DNA of 36,263 nucleotides from a virus (taxonomy: Duplodnaviria; Heunggongvirae; Uroviricota; Caudoviricetes), in IMG/VR virus record IMGVR_UViG_3300045988_159823, positions 1 through 36,263 of that record; one strand, written 5' to 3'. Under the pieces are notes generated by a model that worked only from the letters and a program-made list of their open reading frames with translations, was not told the DNA's origin and did no database searches. Below are positions 27,060-36,031 of this stretch, piece by piece. The position numbers and the translations under genes were made by a program. Numbering within the stretch: the stretch's first letter is position 1; each line of letters begins with the position of its first letter.

Positions 27060-27997
27060 CCCCTGAATCCTGCTGGGATCTGGCTGTAGTCCACATTGTC
27101 GTAACTGGCTTTGAAGTACGGGTCTTCACGTTTTTCTGTGTGCGTGCTGACGGACGGCGATAAGCGCAGGAAAAGCTCATCCCATTTTTCCCGCAACTTC
27201 GACGGGCTGAGCACGTTACGGCACCAGAACGGATCGCGGCTGACGCGGCTGTACATCTCGCAGATTTGTTTGTGAGTACGACCATCCTGCACACACATCA
27301 GGCGAATTTCGTTTGCCCAGGCTGTCCAGTTCGGTTCTTTGGGACGAATCACCTCGCCGTCACATTCGGCGGCCTGCTCGTACAGGGCGATGATTTTTTT
27401 CCAGAGCCACTGTGCGCAGGTCAAATCATCCTGCGTTCCCCACTGACGCTTTTTAGGGCTGAATACAACCGCATCAGGATGGCGAGTTAAAAAATCCTGT
27501 TCATCCGTCTGCGTGTCCGGTTGCGAAGCGTCCGGACGAGAAGTTTTTTTATCTGACGGATCATGTTTTGATTTTACTGACGGATCCCCGCCAGATTCTG
27601 ACGGGTGAAAACCCGCTTTTTTGCCAGATTTCGACGCATCAAATTTTGACGGGTCAGATTTTGATGCGTCAGATTTTGACGGGTCAGAATCTGACAGTTG
27701 AGAAAATGCCGCTGCCTGAAGCTTCGCAACGTTAAGCTGATAAACATTCGACGCATTGCGGTTACCCTGGCGACGCGCCTTACGCGTTAACCAGCCTTCT
27801 GCTTCCAGCCGTGCGATAGCCGTTCTGACGGTACTCATCCCCGCGCCAATCTGGCGGGCAATGGTTTCAATTGATGGCCAGCACACACCTTCGTCATTAC
27901 TGAAATCAGCCAGGCGGGCCATAATTGCCACGCTGGATAATTTCATGCCTGACGCAGCGCAACCATCCCATACATAGCCGGTTAATTTAGTGCTCAT
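27056..27997 (-). CDS. replication initiator, lambda O-like (N-terminal HTH; iterons within the gene)
   Basis: N-terminal HTH-like VCWPSIETIARQIGAGMSTVRTAIARLEAEGWLT; central SDSDPSKSDASKSDPSK repeats are encoded by a tandem DNA repeat array. Confidence 0.7.
   Translation of the reverse strand: MSTKLTGYVWDGCAASGMKLSSVAIMARLADFSNDEGVCWPSIETIARQIGAGMSTVRTAIARLEAEGWLTRKARRQGNRNASNVYQLNVAKLQAAAFSQLSDSDPSKSDASKSDPSKFDASKSGKKAGFHPSESGGDPSVKSKHDPSDKKTSRPDASQPDTQTDEQDFLTRHPDAVVFSPKKRQWGTQDDLTCAQWLWKKIIALYEQAAECDGEVIRPKEPNWTAWANEIRLMCVQDGRTHKQICEMYSRVSRDPFWCRNVLSPSKLREKWDELFLRLSPSVSTHTEKREDPYFKASYDNVDYSQIPAGFRG
27577..27699. repeat. putative replication origin iterons (about six 15-bp direct repeats, CAGATTTTGACGGGT-like)
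   Basis: Contiguous 15-bp units at 27625, 27640, 27655 and 27670, with degenerate copies at 27592, 27685 and 27577, all inside the O-like gene as in lambda ori. Confidence 0.6.
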
Positions 27998-28006
27998 GAC
28001 CGACCT

Positions 28007-28345
28007 CTATTTCCCTGAATTTACGACGAAACTGTTCGAGCGGGCTGAAGCACTCATGCTCATAGCCTTCACGGAGGTAGATAACCCGTTGTGTTTCCGG
28101 CTCCCAACGAATGACTCTGACGGGCACTCCGTAGTGATCTTTGAACCAGCGGTTAACTTGTCGCAAAGGACTGTCTCCTTCTGCCGGTTGAAATCACCCA
28201 CAGCCCACTCTGCAAAGCTGTGGGTTACAATTTCCCTGTCACCTGGTACATTCACTGCATAGCAATATTCCACCTTCGCTTTTCCACCCGGTACAGGAAG
28301 CGCAATCAGTTGCGAGCGACGGTAGTGTGTTGTTAAACTGTTCAT
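28007..28345 (-). CDS. hypothetical protein, translationally coupled to the CII-like gene
   Basis: 112-aa ORF with an ATGA overlap to the upstream gene. Confidence 0.4.
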   Translation of the reverse strand: MNSLTTHYRRSQLIALPVPGGKAKVEYCYAVNVPGDREIVTHSFAEWAVGDFNRQKETVLCDKLTAGSKITTECPSESFVGSRKHNGLSTSVKAMSMSASARSNSFVVNSGK

Positions 28346-28911
28346 GCGTTAGTTTCTCCACAACCAGAAGCAATCGACGCCACGACGCCCGGAGCTGCAC
28401 ACTCGCGGGCGTCATTACTTTCTGAAATGCAAAAAATTTTGTAGACAAGTGCTGCATGCTCCTGCAGCTTCGAAATTGAGAGATACAGCTCGTCGTTAAT
28501 TGCTGTCTTCTCATGCGGTTCCACTACACCATCTTCGATTGCTGAACGAATCTGTTTTGAATAACTGCCGATCTGTTCAATGACTTCCAGCAGACGCTGG
28601 TTAATATCGGCGTTGTCCACATCCTCGACGTCAGGAAGAGACACAAAGACGCCATTTGCAGACTGCGCCACAGCATCAGCAATGAAGTGAGTGCCACCAG
28701 CACGCTGTAAAACCATTGCCCATCCCAGCGGGAAAATCTGATCGCCATCTGCACGAAGGCGGTTGAATAAAGCGTTTTCTGTTACATCGAGCCAGTCAGC
28801 CGCTTCAGCGTAACCACCCGGCAACGCCGCGATAGTTTTTCTGACAGCTTTCACGTACCACTCAGGCTGTTTTTCTATTTTCCAGTGATGCTTACCCACG
28901 ATTAGCCTCAT
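28342..28911 (-). CDS. CII-type regulatory protein (CP76-family-like)
   Basis: 189 aa with an HTH-like segment [19 protein letters not shown]; sits immediately after cro in the early-right operon. Confidence 0.55.
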   Translation of the reverse strand: MRLIVGKHHWKIEKQPEWYVKAVRKTIAALPGGYAEAADWLDVTENALFNRLRADGDQIFPLGWAMVLQRAGGTHFIADAVAQSANGVFVSLPDVEDVDNADINQRLLEVIEQIGSYSKQIRSAIEDGVVEPHEKTAINDELYLSISKLQEHAALVYKIFCISESNDARECAAPGVVASIASGCGETNA

Positions 28912-28942
28912 CGTTCTGTGGTTAAAAATTGAAAGTGTTCTG

Positions 28943-29143
28943 CTAATCTTTCGGATAGATATCCGGTCTTAAGTCAGATTTCGTAATTGCACCTGACGTG
29001 CATTGCTCAAGTTTTTTAGCCAGCACAAAACTGGCTTTTTTATAGCCATTGAAAACCAGCCGTAAGTAGCCAGGTGTTGAGCCAACTTTTCCGGCCAACT
29101 CGCCCTGCTGTTCTTTGGTTAAAGAGTCCCAATACGCTTTCAT
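28943..29143 (-). CDS. Cro-like HTH regulator
   Basis: 66 aa, MKAYWDSLTKEQQGELAGKVGSTPGYLRLVFNGYKK...; divergent from the repressor; GGAGG precedes the ATG. Confidence 0.65.
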   Translation of the reverse strand: MKAYWDSLTKEQQGELAGKVGSTPGYLRLVFNGYKKASFVLAKKLEQCTSGAITKSDLRPDIYPKD

Positions 29144-29145
29144 AC

Positions 29146-29170
29146 AATATGTACCTCCGGTGTACATATT
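29146..29170. promoter_or_regulatory. operator-like palindrome AATATGTAC-N7-GTACATATT overlapping the cro ribosome-binding site
   Basis: Perfect 9-bp inverted repeat in the cI / cro divergent region. Confidence 0.45.
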
Positions 29171-29197
29171 ACATGATTGAAATGAACCTTCAAGATA

Positions 29198-29218
29198 CTT
29201 GTACCTTAACGGTACAAG
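29198..29218. promoter_or_regulatory. operator-like palindrome CTTGTACC-TTAAC-GGTACAAG
   Basis: Perfect 8-bp inverted repeat sharing the GTACC core, 15 bp upstream of the repressor start. Confidence 0.45.
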
Positions 29219-29233
29219 GGTTTTAATTTCGTT

Positions 29234-29908
29234 ATGAAAACAATCCATGACATCCGGCGGTCTAACGCCAGAAAACTGAGAGATGGTGTTGGCGGGAATT
29301 CTTCCTTTGCCACTATGATTGATCGCGAGCCAACCCAGACCAGCAGGTTTATGGGAGATGGTGCTACTAAAAATATCGGTGACAGCATGGCACGACACAT
29401 CGAAAAATGTTTCGACCTGCCTGTCGGATGGCTCGATCAAGAACACCAGACAACGAACATCACAAAAAAACCTGATGTTTCAATCACTAATAAACAAATC
29501 ACATTAGTCCCTGTCATATCATGGGTACAGGCCGGAGCATGGAAAGAAGTTGGATATTCTGAGGTTGATTTGAGCACAGCAGAAACGTATCCCTGCCCTG
29601 TCCCCTGTGGGGAAATGACTTATATCTTGCGGGTGATAGGTGATTCAATGATTGATGAGTACCGCCCGGGAGACATGATTTTTGTCGATCCTGAAGTACC
29701 TGCCTGCCACGGTGACGACGTTATTGCATTGATGCACGATACAGGTGAAACCACCTTCAAAAGGTTGATAGAAGATGGGACACAGCGTTATCTCAAAGCG
29801 TTAAACCCAAACTGGCCTGAGCCTTACATTAAGATCAACGGTAATTGCTCTATAATTGGTACAGTGATTTTCTCAGGAAAACCAAGAAGATACAAAATCA
29901 AAGCCTAA
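29234..29908 (+). CDS. CI-type prophage repressor (HTH plus S24 LexA-like peptidase domain)
   Basis: C-terminal S24 motifs GDSM and ...DGTQRYLKAL...; N-terminal DNA-binding region; divergent from cro. Confidence 0.85.
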   Translation: MKTIHDIRRSNARKLRDGVGGNSSFATMIDREPTQTSRFMGDGATKNIGDSMARHIEKCFDLPVGWLDQEHQTTNITKKPDVSITNKQITLVPVISWVQAGAWKEVGYSEVDLSTAETYPCPVPCGEMTYILRVIGDSMIDEYRPGDMIFVDPEVPACHGDDVIALMHDTGETTFKRLIEDGTQRYLKALNPNWPEPYIKINGNCSIIGTVIFSGKPRRYKIKA

Positions 29909-29920
29909 TCAATGTTTATG

Positions 29921-29943
29921 AACCTGCTTCGGCAGGTTTTTTT
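29921..29943 (+). terminator. rho-independent terminator after the repressor gene
   Basis: AACCTGC-TTCG-GCAGGTT followed by TTTTTTT, 13 bp after the stop. Confidence 0.6.
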
Positions 29944-30250
29944 ATACTTGGCAATGTACCTTTGAGATACATAATGTACCCAAGAGAAACAACAAACAGG
30001 CAGGACGTCCACGAAGTAACCCCCTGGAGCATATGAAGTCCAGGCTGATTCGTTAGCAACAAAAAAGCGCCCTACCGGACGCTTCGCTCTTTAAAAATCA
30101 GTAACCCTCACTTTGGGCCTGGATCTGGTGGCCTGGGATGAGGTGGAATATGAAAAGGCTCTATTGGTCGACTCATTATCCAATCCTATTATGTCTCATT
30201 TCTTCGGTTTCGGTGGTTTCGGCTTCGGAGGTACATGTCCGTGAACTGGA

Positions 30251-30691
30251 TTATGCTTGTTGGTCATCATTAATATCCGTTAGTTCATTCTCTAGAGGTA
30301 GATCTCCCGCACACCAAGCAATAAATTTTTCTTTGGTTGTTAGATCGTACTTAGTTGGAACACCAGCAAAAATGCAGGCCCGAATGAAAGCCGCTCGTTC
30401 AAGTGATTTCCATGGATTACTATCGGTATCTTGGATTTTTAAATACCTAGCTTGCAACTGATCTTCAGAAAGAGTATCAGACTCAATCAGCAGTCTTTTG
30501 TAATGCCTCGCTTGTTCTTTAGACATCCCAGCCTCCTGGCCGAACTGATAGACCAACTGAAGAACCGAAAGTACGGCAACAAACAAACCGAAAATAAATA
30601 AATTACTGTACGGGGCGAAAACTGAAAAACCGAGAACGATTAACATCAACGTTATTAATTTATCAATACGAGTTAACAACGTGTAATTCAT
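30251..30691 (-). CDS. AT-rich cargo gene: small inner-membrane protein (two TM helices plus cytoplasmic domain), unknown function
   Basis: Hydrophobic LITLMLIVLGFSVFAPY and LFIFGLFVAVLSVLQLVY; start at internal Met preceded by GGAG; AT-rich island 30040..30850 downstream of cI. Confidence 0.55.
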   Translation of the reverse strand: MNYTLLTRIDKLITLMLIVLGFSVFAPYSNLFIFGLFVAVLSVLQLVYQFGQEAGMSKEQARHYKRLLIESDTLSEDQLQARYLKIQDTDSNPWKSLERAAFIRACIFAGVPTKYDLTTKEKFIAWCAGDLPLENELTDINDDQQA

Positions 30692-31386
30692 CTTCTCCAA
30701 TACATAAGAGTAGTGAATATAAAATTTATAATCGTCTCTGGTCATATTAGTCTCAGTTTTCCTTGGGTGGTTTTGGAGGAACTGGAGGCTTTTGTCTTAA
30801 CGGCACATGCCTCTCCTCATACTTATCTACACATCGTTCCATATAAATCCTTATCGTTGTTGGGGAGTGTTACATAATAACCAAATCCTTGTTGTTGGGG
30901 AATAACTAGGTCCACCTCGCCTGATGTGGCTAAAAGCAGGCACATAACAGCTAAGTATTTTCAACCAGAGAGAATCCTTAGCGTTGTGGTGAATGCGGCT
31001 CAGCGCACGCGGGTAAAGGTTGAGGCTGACAGTCGACCTTCTGTGGATACCCACCCGCCTGGTGTGCAACCTTCGCCAGGCACCGGGAGGCACCCGGCAC
31101 CACAACTTTATGCTGTGTGTAGTCTTGGCGGTACCAGCTTGTACCCTTGCTTCCGGCTGGTACCGTCCTTTTTACAAAACAGAGAAGAGCATCACCGGAC
31201 GACGGGCTCATAACCCAATCCATCCGGGCGGCTGCCACCGCAGGTGTTCTTCTCTGTTTTGTGGAGAAACTAACCGCCCCTACGGGGGCATTTATGGAAA
31301 TGTAATTGACTCAATAATCGCCGGACGGTGAGGGCTTCCTTTTACCAGAATTCAGCGTGGTGCAGCACATATACGTGGAGAACAAA

Positions 31387-31923
31387 ATGTCATTTATTAA
31401 AACTTTTTCTGGGAAGCATTTTTATTATGACAAGATAAATAAAGACGACATCGTTATTAACGATATCGCGGTTTCCCTTTCAAATATCTGCCGCTTTGCA
31501 GGACACCTTTCACACTTCTATAGCGTCGCCCAACATGCGGTGCTTTGCAGCATGCTGGTACCGCAGGAATTTGCTTTTGAAGCATTAATGCATGATGCAA
31601 CAGAAGCGTATTGCCAGGACATCCCCGCACCACTGAAACGCCTTCTTCCTGACTATAAACGGATGGAAGAAAAAATAGACGCCGTAATCCGTGAGAAATA
31701 CGGGTTACCTCAGGCTATGAGCACGCCCGTGAAATATGCCGATCTCATCATGCTGGCAACCGAACGCCGCGATCTCGGGCTTGATGATGGCTCTTTCTGG
31801 CCAGTATTGGAAGGTATCCCGGCAACAGAGATGTTCGAAGTTATTCCTCTGGCTCCTGGCCATGCCTACGGGCTGTTTATGGAGCGTTTTAAAGAGCTGC
31901 ATAAGATACGTAAGCAATCCTGA
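31387..31923 (+). CDS. HD-domain phosphohydrolase (YfdR-like)
   Basis: H...HD...E motif region FEALMHDATEAYCQDIPAPLK; ATG preceded by GGAG; the track ORF starts at an upstream GTG. Confidence 0.7.
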   Translation: MSFIKTFSGKHFYYDKINKDDIVINDIAVSLSNICRFAGHLSHFYSVAQHAVLCSMLVPQEFAFEALMHDATEAYCQDIPAPLKRLLPDYKRMEEKIDAVIREKYGLPQAMSTPVKYADLIMLATERRDLGLDDGSFWPVLEGIPATEMFEVIPLAPGHAYGLFMERFKELHKIRKQS

Positions 31924-31978
31924 CAGCGAAATTAACTAGTGAAATAGTTTTGTAGCAAAAGAAATGAGGTTATCAAAA

Positions 31979-32224
31979 ATGCTTCAAATGCTGACACTTG
32001 AGGAATGGGCTGCGGAAAAATTTAGGAGTAATCCTCCAAGTGTGTCCACATTACGTCGTTATGCTAAGCAGAATTTATTTTGTCCACCGGCAATGAAACA
32101 AGGTCGACTATGGCGAGTGCGTGAGGATGCAGAGTTAGTTGGGGAGTTAGTTACTCCAGTAATAAAGAAAAGTGATTCTATTATTCTACAAAGGATTTTA
32201 GGTAATGGCAGCCAGACCACGTAA
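31979..32224 (+). CDS. xis: excisionase (lambda Xis-like)
   Basis: LTLEEWAAEKF ... STLRRYAKQNLFCPPAMKQGRLWRVRED parallels lambda Xis; overlaps the int start; exact start ambiguous (31964, 31979 or 31988). Confidence 0.7.
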   Translation: MLQMLTLEEWAAEKFRSNPPSVSTLRRYAKQNLFCPPAMKQGRLWRVREDAELVGELVTPVIKKSDSIILQRILGNGSQTT

Positions 32225-33335
32225 AAATAATGTTTCAGTCCCGAACTTGTATCCGCTTTATAGCAGAAAAGTAAATAAAGTCTATTGGCGATATAAACAT
32301 CCAGTGACCGGGAAGTTTCATTCTTTAGGCACAAACGAAGCTGAAGCCATTGCTATTGCCACTGAGGCAAATTCACGCCTGGCTGAGCAAAGAACCCGGC
32401 AGATTCTGGCTATCAGTGACAGGATCGCAACCAGCAAAGGAAAAGCAATCACAACGTCAACCTGGTTAGATCGCTATCAAGCAATCCAGGATGACAGACT
32501 GGAAAGTGGCGATATAAAGCTCAACACCTATAAACAGAAAGCCAAACCAGTATCCTTGCTCAGGGAACGAGCAGGAATGAAATTAATTTCATCAGTTGAT
32601 GCAAGGGATATAGCACAATTGCTTGACGAGTATATCACTGCCGGGCAACCGAGGATGGCGCAAGTAGTCCGCTCCGTTCTAATTGATGTATTCAAGGAGG
32701 CACAACACTATGGGGAAGTCCCTCCGGGCTATAATCCTGCACTGGCAACCAAACAACCCAGAAGAAAAATTACCCGACAACGGTTAAATCTTGAAGAGTG
32801 GCAAAAAATCTTTGATATTGCAGATGCCAGTCATCGTTATATGGGGAATGCCATGCTGTTAGCACTGGTTACCGGCCAACGGTTAGGTGATATCTCACGT
32901 ATGAAATTTAGCGATATTTGGGATGATCATCTTCACGTCATCCAGGAAAAAACCGGGAGCAAAATCGCCATCCCGCTTTCTCTGCGCCTCAATGCGATTA
33001 ACTGGAGTTTGCGCGATGTAGTAGCCCGTTGCCGTGACTATGCTGTCAGCCCATACCTTGTACATTTTTTTCGTACTACTTCACAGGCTGAACGCGGCGC
33101 ACAGGTTAAAGCCAATACCTTGACTATGAATTTCAGTAAAGCAAGAGATTTAGCAGGAATTGATTGGGGGAAAGGTTCACCTGCCACATTCCATGAACAA
33201 CGGTCTTTATCTGAACGTCTGTACAAAGAACAGGGGATCGATACTAGAAAGCTACTGGGCCATAAAACCCAGCAGCAAACAGATCGCTACCATGATGACC
33301 GAGGGAAAGATTGGAGTAAAATAGCTATAATTTGA
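32205..33335 (+). CDS. int: tyrosine integrase, lambda Int family
   Basis: Collinear with lambda Int including ...TFHEQRSLSERLYKEQ...LLGHKTQQQTDRYHDDRGKDWSKI (catalytic R-H-R-Y region). Confidence 0.9.
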   Translation: MAARPRKNNVSVPNLYPLYSRKVNKVYWRYKHPVTGKFHSLGTNEAEAIAIATEANSRLAEQRTRQILAISDRIATSKGKAITTSTWLDRYQAIQDDRLESGDIKLNTYKQKAKPVSLLRERAGMKLISSVDARDIAQLLDEYITAGQPRMAQVVRSVLIDVFKEAQHYGEVPPGYNPALATKQPRRKITRQRLNLEEWQKIFDIADASHRYMGNAMLLALVTGQRLGDISRMKFSDIWDDHLHVIQEKTGSKIAIPLSLRLNAINWSLRDVVARCRDYAVSPYLVHFFRTTSQAERGAQVKANTLTMNFSKARDLAGIDWGKGSPATFHEQRSLSERLYKEQGIDTRKLLGHKTQQQTDRYHDDRGKDWSKIAII

Positions 33336-34185
33336 CTCTTGTAGGATCCATATCATCAGGAATAGAAATGCTATCACAAAAAAAGATTACTTCTGGCCCT
33401 TGGTACCTAGATTGAGCACTATAGCTGATACCGTACTCAATTTTTCTAAGACCAGTGTACATGTTGTTTATTTCAACAGTATTATCGTAAGATACAATCC
33501 ATGGATGCTTTGAATTAGATTTTATAATATTAGCAATTTCGACATGATCATCATGACTATAATGGTTTTGATACAAGCCCTTTCCTTTAACATAATATGG
33601 AGGGTCAAGATAAAGCAATGTTTTTAATGGGAATCCAGTTACAGTATTTTGCAAGAATGATTTAGCATCTTGGTTATAGATACAAATATCAGATTTACGG
33701 TCTGCTATTACCTTAATACGGTTTACTAAATCAACCTTATTAAATCGAGCATCTATTTTCCATTTTCCATTTTGTTCCTTACCACCAATTACACCACCTA
33801 ACAAAATTCCTGACCGATTTGTTCGATTAAGGAAAAACGTAGCGAATCCAACTTCCAATGAGGAATAATCACATTGATTACTAATGATATTTTTATTCTT
33901 ATACCATTCATCCATATTCACAGGGGTTTTTTCAATTAATTGGCAAAACTGATCAGTTTCTTCTAGAATTGACCGCCAAAAACAAAAAATGGCGTTATTA
34001 AGATCGTTTAAATGTATACGTGATGCTTTCCCAGACAAAAGTAAATTAATGGCTACTCCAGCACCACCAGCATACGGCTCAACATATTCGCAACCATCTA
34101 AACCATTGATCATAATGATCTTTGATAGATAGTTAGTTAATTTACCTTTACCACCAGGATACCGTAATGGGGTGCTGAATCTCAT
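33325..34185 (-). CDS. N6-adenine DNA methyltransferase, Dam (D12) family
   Basis: RYPGGK, VEPYAGGAGVAINLL (SAM-binding) and LYLDPPYY (catalytic DPPY) motifs in Dam-like order; AT-rich; 3' end overlaps the int 3' end by 11 bp. Confidence 0.8.
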   Translation of the reverse strand: MRFSTPLRYPGGKGKLTNYLSKIIMINGLDGCEYVEPYAGGAGVAINLLLSGKASRIHLNDLNNAIFCFWRSILEETDQFCQLIEKTPVNMDEWYKNKNIISNQCDYSSLEVGFATFFLNRTNRSGILLGGVIGGKEQNGKWKIDARFNKVDLVNRIKVIADRKSDICIYNQDAKSFLQNTVTGFPLKTLLYLDPPYYVKGKGLYQNHYSHDDHVEIANIIKSNSKHPWIVSYDNTVEINNMYTGLRKIEYGISYSAQSRYQGPEVIFFCDSISIPDDMDPTRVKL

Positions 34186-34254
34186 ATCTTATACTCAACG
34201 ATCAAAAACTACTGTATATAATACCACATTATCTGGTTTCAGGATACCATAGAA

Positions 34255-35964
34255 TCACTTAGTCACAACGCTCTTAACTCTTTCAGGATTAAGGCCAAAT
34301 TCTTCCCCTATAACAAAGCGCAATGCTTCGATAAGAGTATCGTTAAACTTGTCTACCAATATTTTATTATCCTCAGCCCACTTTCTATATGGATTGTATT
34401 TTACACCGCCACATTTTATCAGTTCTTGTAATGTTTTCTCCTGTATAAATTTTTTGAATAACTCTCTTATCCTTGAACCATCAAGTTTATCTTTATTAAC
34501 TTCTTTTATTTTTTCTTTTAATTTAATTTTTTGCTCACTAATATTAAGAGCAGTAATTATGGGGTTGGACTTTTCGAAAAAATAGTCTTTAGTATAATGT
34601 AGTGGGTTGTTCTTCCAGAAATCATCACTGGCATCTAGGTTAAATAGATATTCGAAAATTATTTGATCCGGTGGTAATATTCCCGGTAATTTAACCACAT
34701 TCGCATGCTTGACATTCTCCACGTCAGCATCTAAAACAATTATTGCAGACTTATAAAAACCAGGAACTTTTTTGTTTAAAAGTTGAATATAGTTTTTGCA
34801 TCCAAGAGTTATGTCCTTATTTAAATTAAGTAATCTTCTTATATCTCTGCGTGTTACAACAGAACAAAATAAATCATAATTTTCCTTATCCTCAAAGAAA
34901 ACATTAGTCTTCCGAATAGACTCCTGCTTATTCAACTGTAATGTTTCATTGCAAAGATCTAGCCTAATATCTCCCCATGAATAATCATTCTTTACTTCTA
35001 ACTTACCGTAAGTATTTGTTAGATATATCACCTTATAGTTTTTGCTGTCTCTTTTCGTATATTCATATACTGAATTTATAATCTCTGGTGAATGAGTGGT
35101 AAATACCACCTGTAAATCTAACTTCTTAGTGATAGATGATAATTTCTCAATTAAACGTCTCTGTGCTGCAGGAAACAATCCAGCATCAATTTCATCTATC
35201 AATAGAATCCCACCATGATAATCTGGATATTCAGCCTGAAGTTTTTTAAATGAAAAAATAGCTTGTAGTATTTGTCCTAAATTATCCTCGCCAACAGAAA
35301 CAGATTGATGATCGTATTTTTCACCACTAACAACCATCGAGTCTATAGTACCATTTGTTTTTGTTAGATTATTGGCATTTCGTACACCTAAAATATATGA
35401 ACTTAATTGAACAAAGTCTTGTCTATTTAAATTCATAAATTCATCAATATCAGACACAGTGTATTTTTGACGATCTGGCACGGGTGTAAGGCGCTTCATA
35501 CTCAAGTAAATTAGCGGATGTGTAACCTTTCTGCTATCACTAGCCCCATTAGTAGTAGTATTATTACGAACCGTTGCTCGAGGGTATGAATGTTCACTCC
35601 TTAAATATAGACCGAGTTTTAATTGTTCCAACTCCTTCTGTTCAGCTCCATCATATATAATGACATCAACATCCATAGAACTTGGCGTATCAAACTTTTC
35701 TGAGAGCCGGAAATGCTCTCTAAACTGAGATGAGAAAGGTTTTCCAGCAAGAGTCTTATATTTTCTCAGATCTACCTTTGGCTCTTGAGTATAATCGGTC
35801 TCAAAATTAAACATTTGGGCAGCAATGCCCAACACCGTCGATTTTGACGTACCATTTTTGCCACAAATTGCCGTTATACGTTCACCAAAATGGATCGTAC
35901 AGTCATTCAAGCCTCGAAAGCTCTTTATTTTTATTTCTTTTAGCTTGGTTATTTTTTGGGACAT
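34255..35964 (-). CDS. OLD-family-like ABC ATPase with a probable C-terminal TOPRIM nuclease domain
   Basis: Walker A GKNGTSKST, Walker B ILLIDEIDAG, H-loop TTHSPE; C-terminal FFEDKENYD plus IIVLDADVE look like a TOPRIM Glu and DxD; start at internal Met with AGGA spacing. Confidence 0.7.
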   Translation of the reverse strand: MSQKITKLKEIKIKSFRGLNDCTIHFGERITAICGKNGTSKSTVLGIAAQMFNFETDYTQEPKVDLRKYKTLAGKPFSSQFREHFRLSEKFDTPSSMDVDVIIYDGAEQKELEQLKLGLYLRSEHSYPRATVRNNTTTNGASDSRKVTHPLIYLSMKRLTPVPDRQKYTVSDIDEFMNLNRQDFVQLSSYILGVRNANNLTKTNGTIDSMVVSGEKYDHQSVSVGEDNLGQILQAIFSFKKLQAEYPDYHGGILLIDEIDAGLFPAAQRRLIEKLSSITKKLDLQVVFTTHSPEIINSVYEYTKRDSKNYKVIYLTNTYGKLEVKNDYSWGDIRLDLCNETLQLNKQESIRKTNVFFEDKENYDLFCSVVTRRDIRRLLNLNKDITLGCKNYIQLLNKKVPGFYKSAIIVLDADVENVKHANVVKLPGILPPDQIIFEYLFNLDASDDFWKNNPLHYTKDYFFEKSNPIITALNISEQKIKLKEKIKEVNKDKLDGSRIRELFKKFIQEKTLQELIKCGGVKYNPYRKWAEDNKILVDKFNDTLIEALRFVIGEEFGLNPERVKSVVTK

Positions 35965-36031
35965 ATTTTCCTTCGTCCTCATTTTGATTAAAAAAACAGA
36001 TAAACGGAAAAATGCTACCATGTAGAGAAAG

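Noticed and set aside
27574-27756. Track ORF with repeated TRQNL pentapeptides
   Set aside because: It is the antisense reading of the ori iteron array inside the O-like gene, not a gene
27990-28262. Plus-strand 90-aa ORF opposite the CII-proximal hypothetical gene
   Set aside because: Antisense to a translationally coupled minus-strand ORF in an otherwise strictly minus-strand operon
30138-30461. Plus-strand 107-aa ORF overlapping the membrane cargo gene
   Set aside because: Overlaps the better-supported minus-strand ORF (clear TM helices and ribosome-binding site) and has an odd Ser/Val-rich composition
30860-31335. Possible retron-type msr/msd or other RT-associated ncRNA, suggested by the long inverted repeats
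   Set aside because: No reverse transcriptase gene anywhere in the window; the structure is more simply an operator/leader or terminator region, so it is reported only as a structured non-coding stretch
34186-34254. SOS-box-like CTGTATATAATACCAC between the ATPase and methylase genes
   Set aside because: Only the CTGT half matches the CTGT-N8-ACAG consensus; more likely a -10-like TATAAT element for the methylase gene
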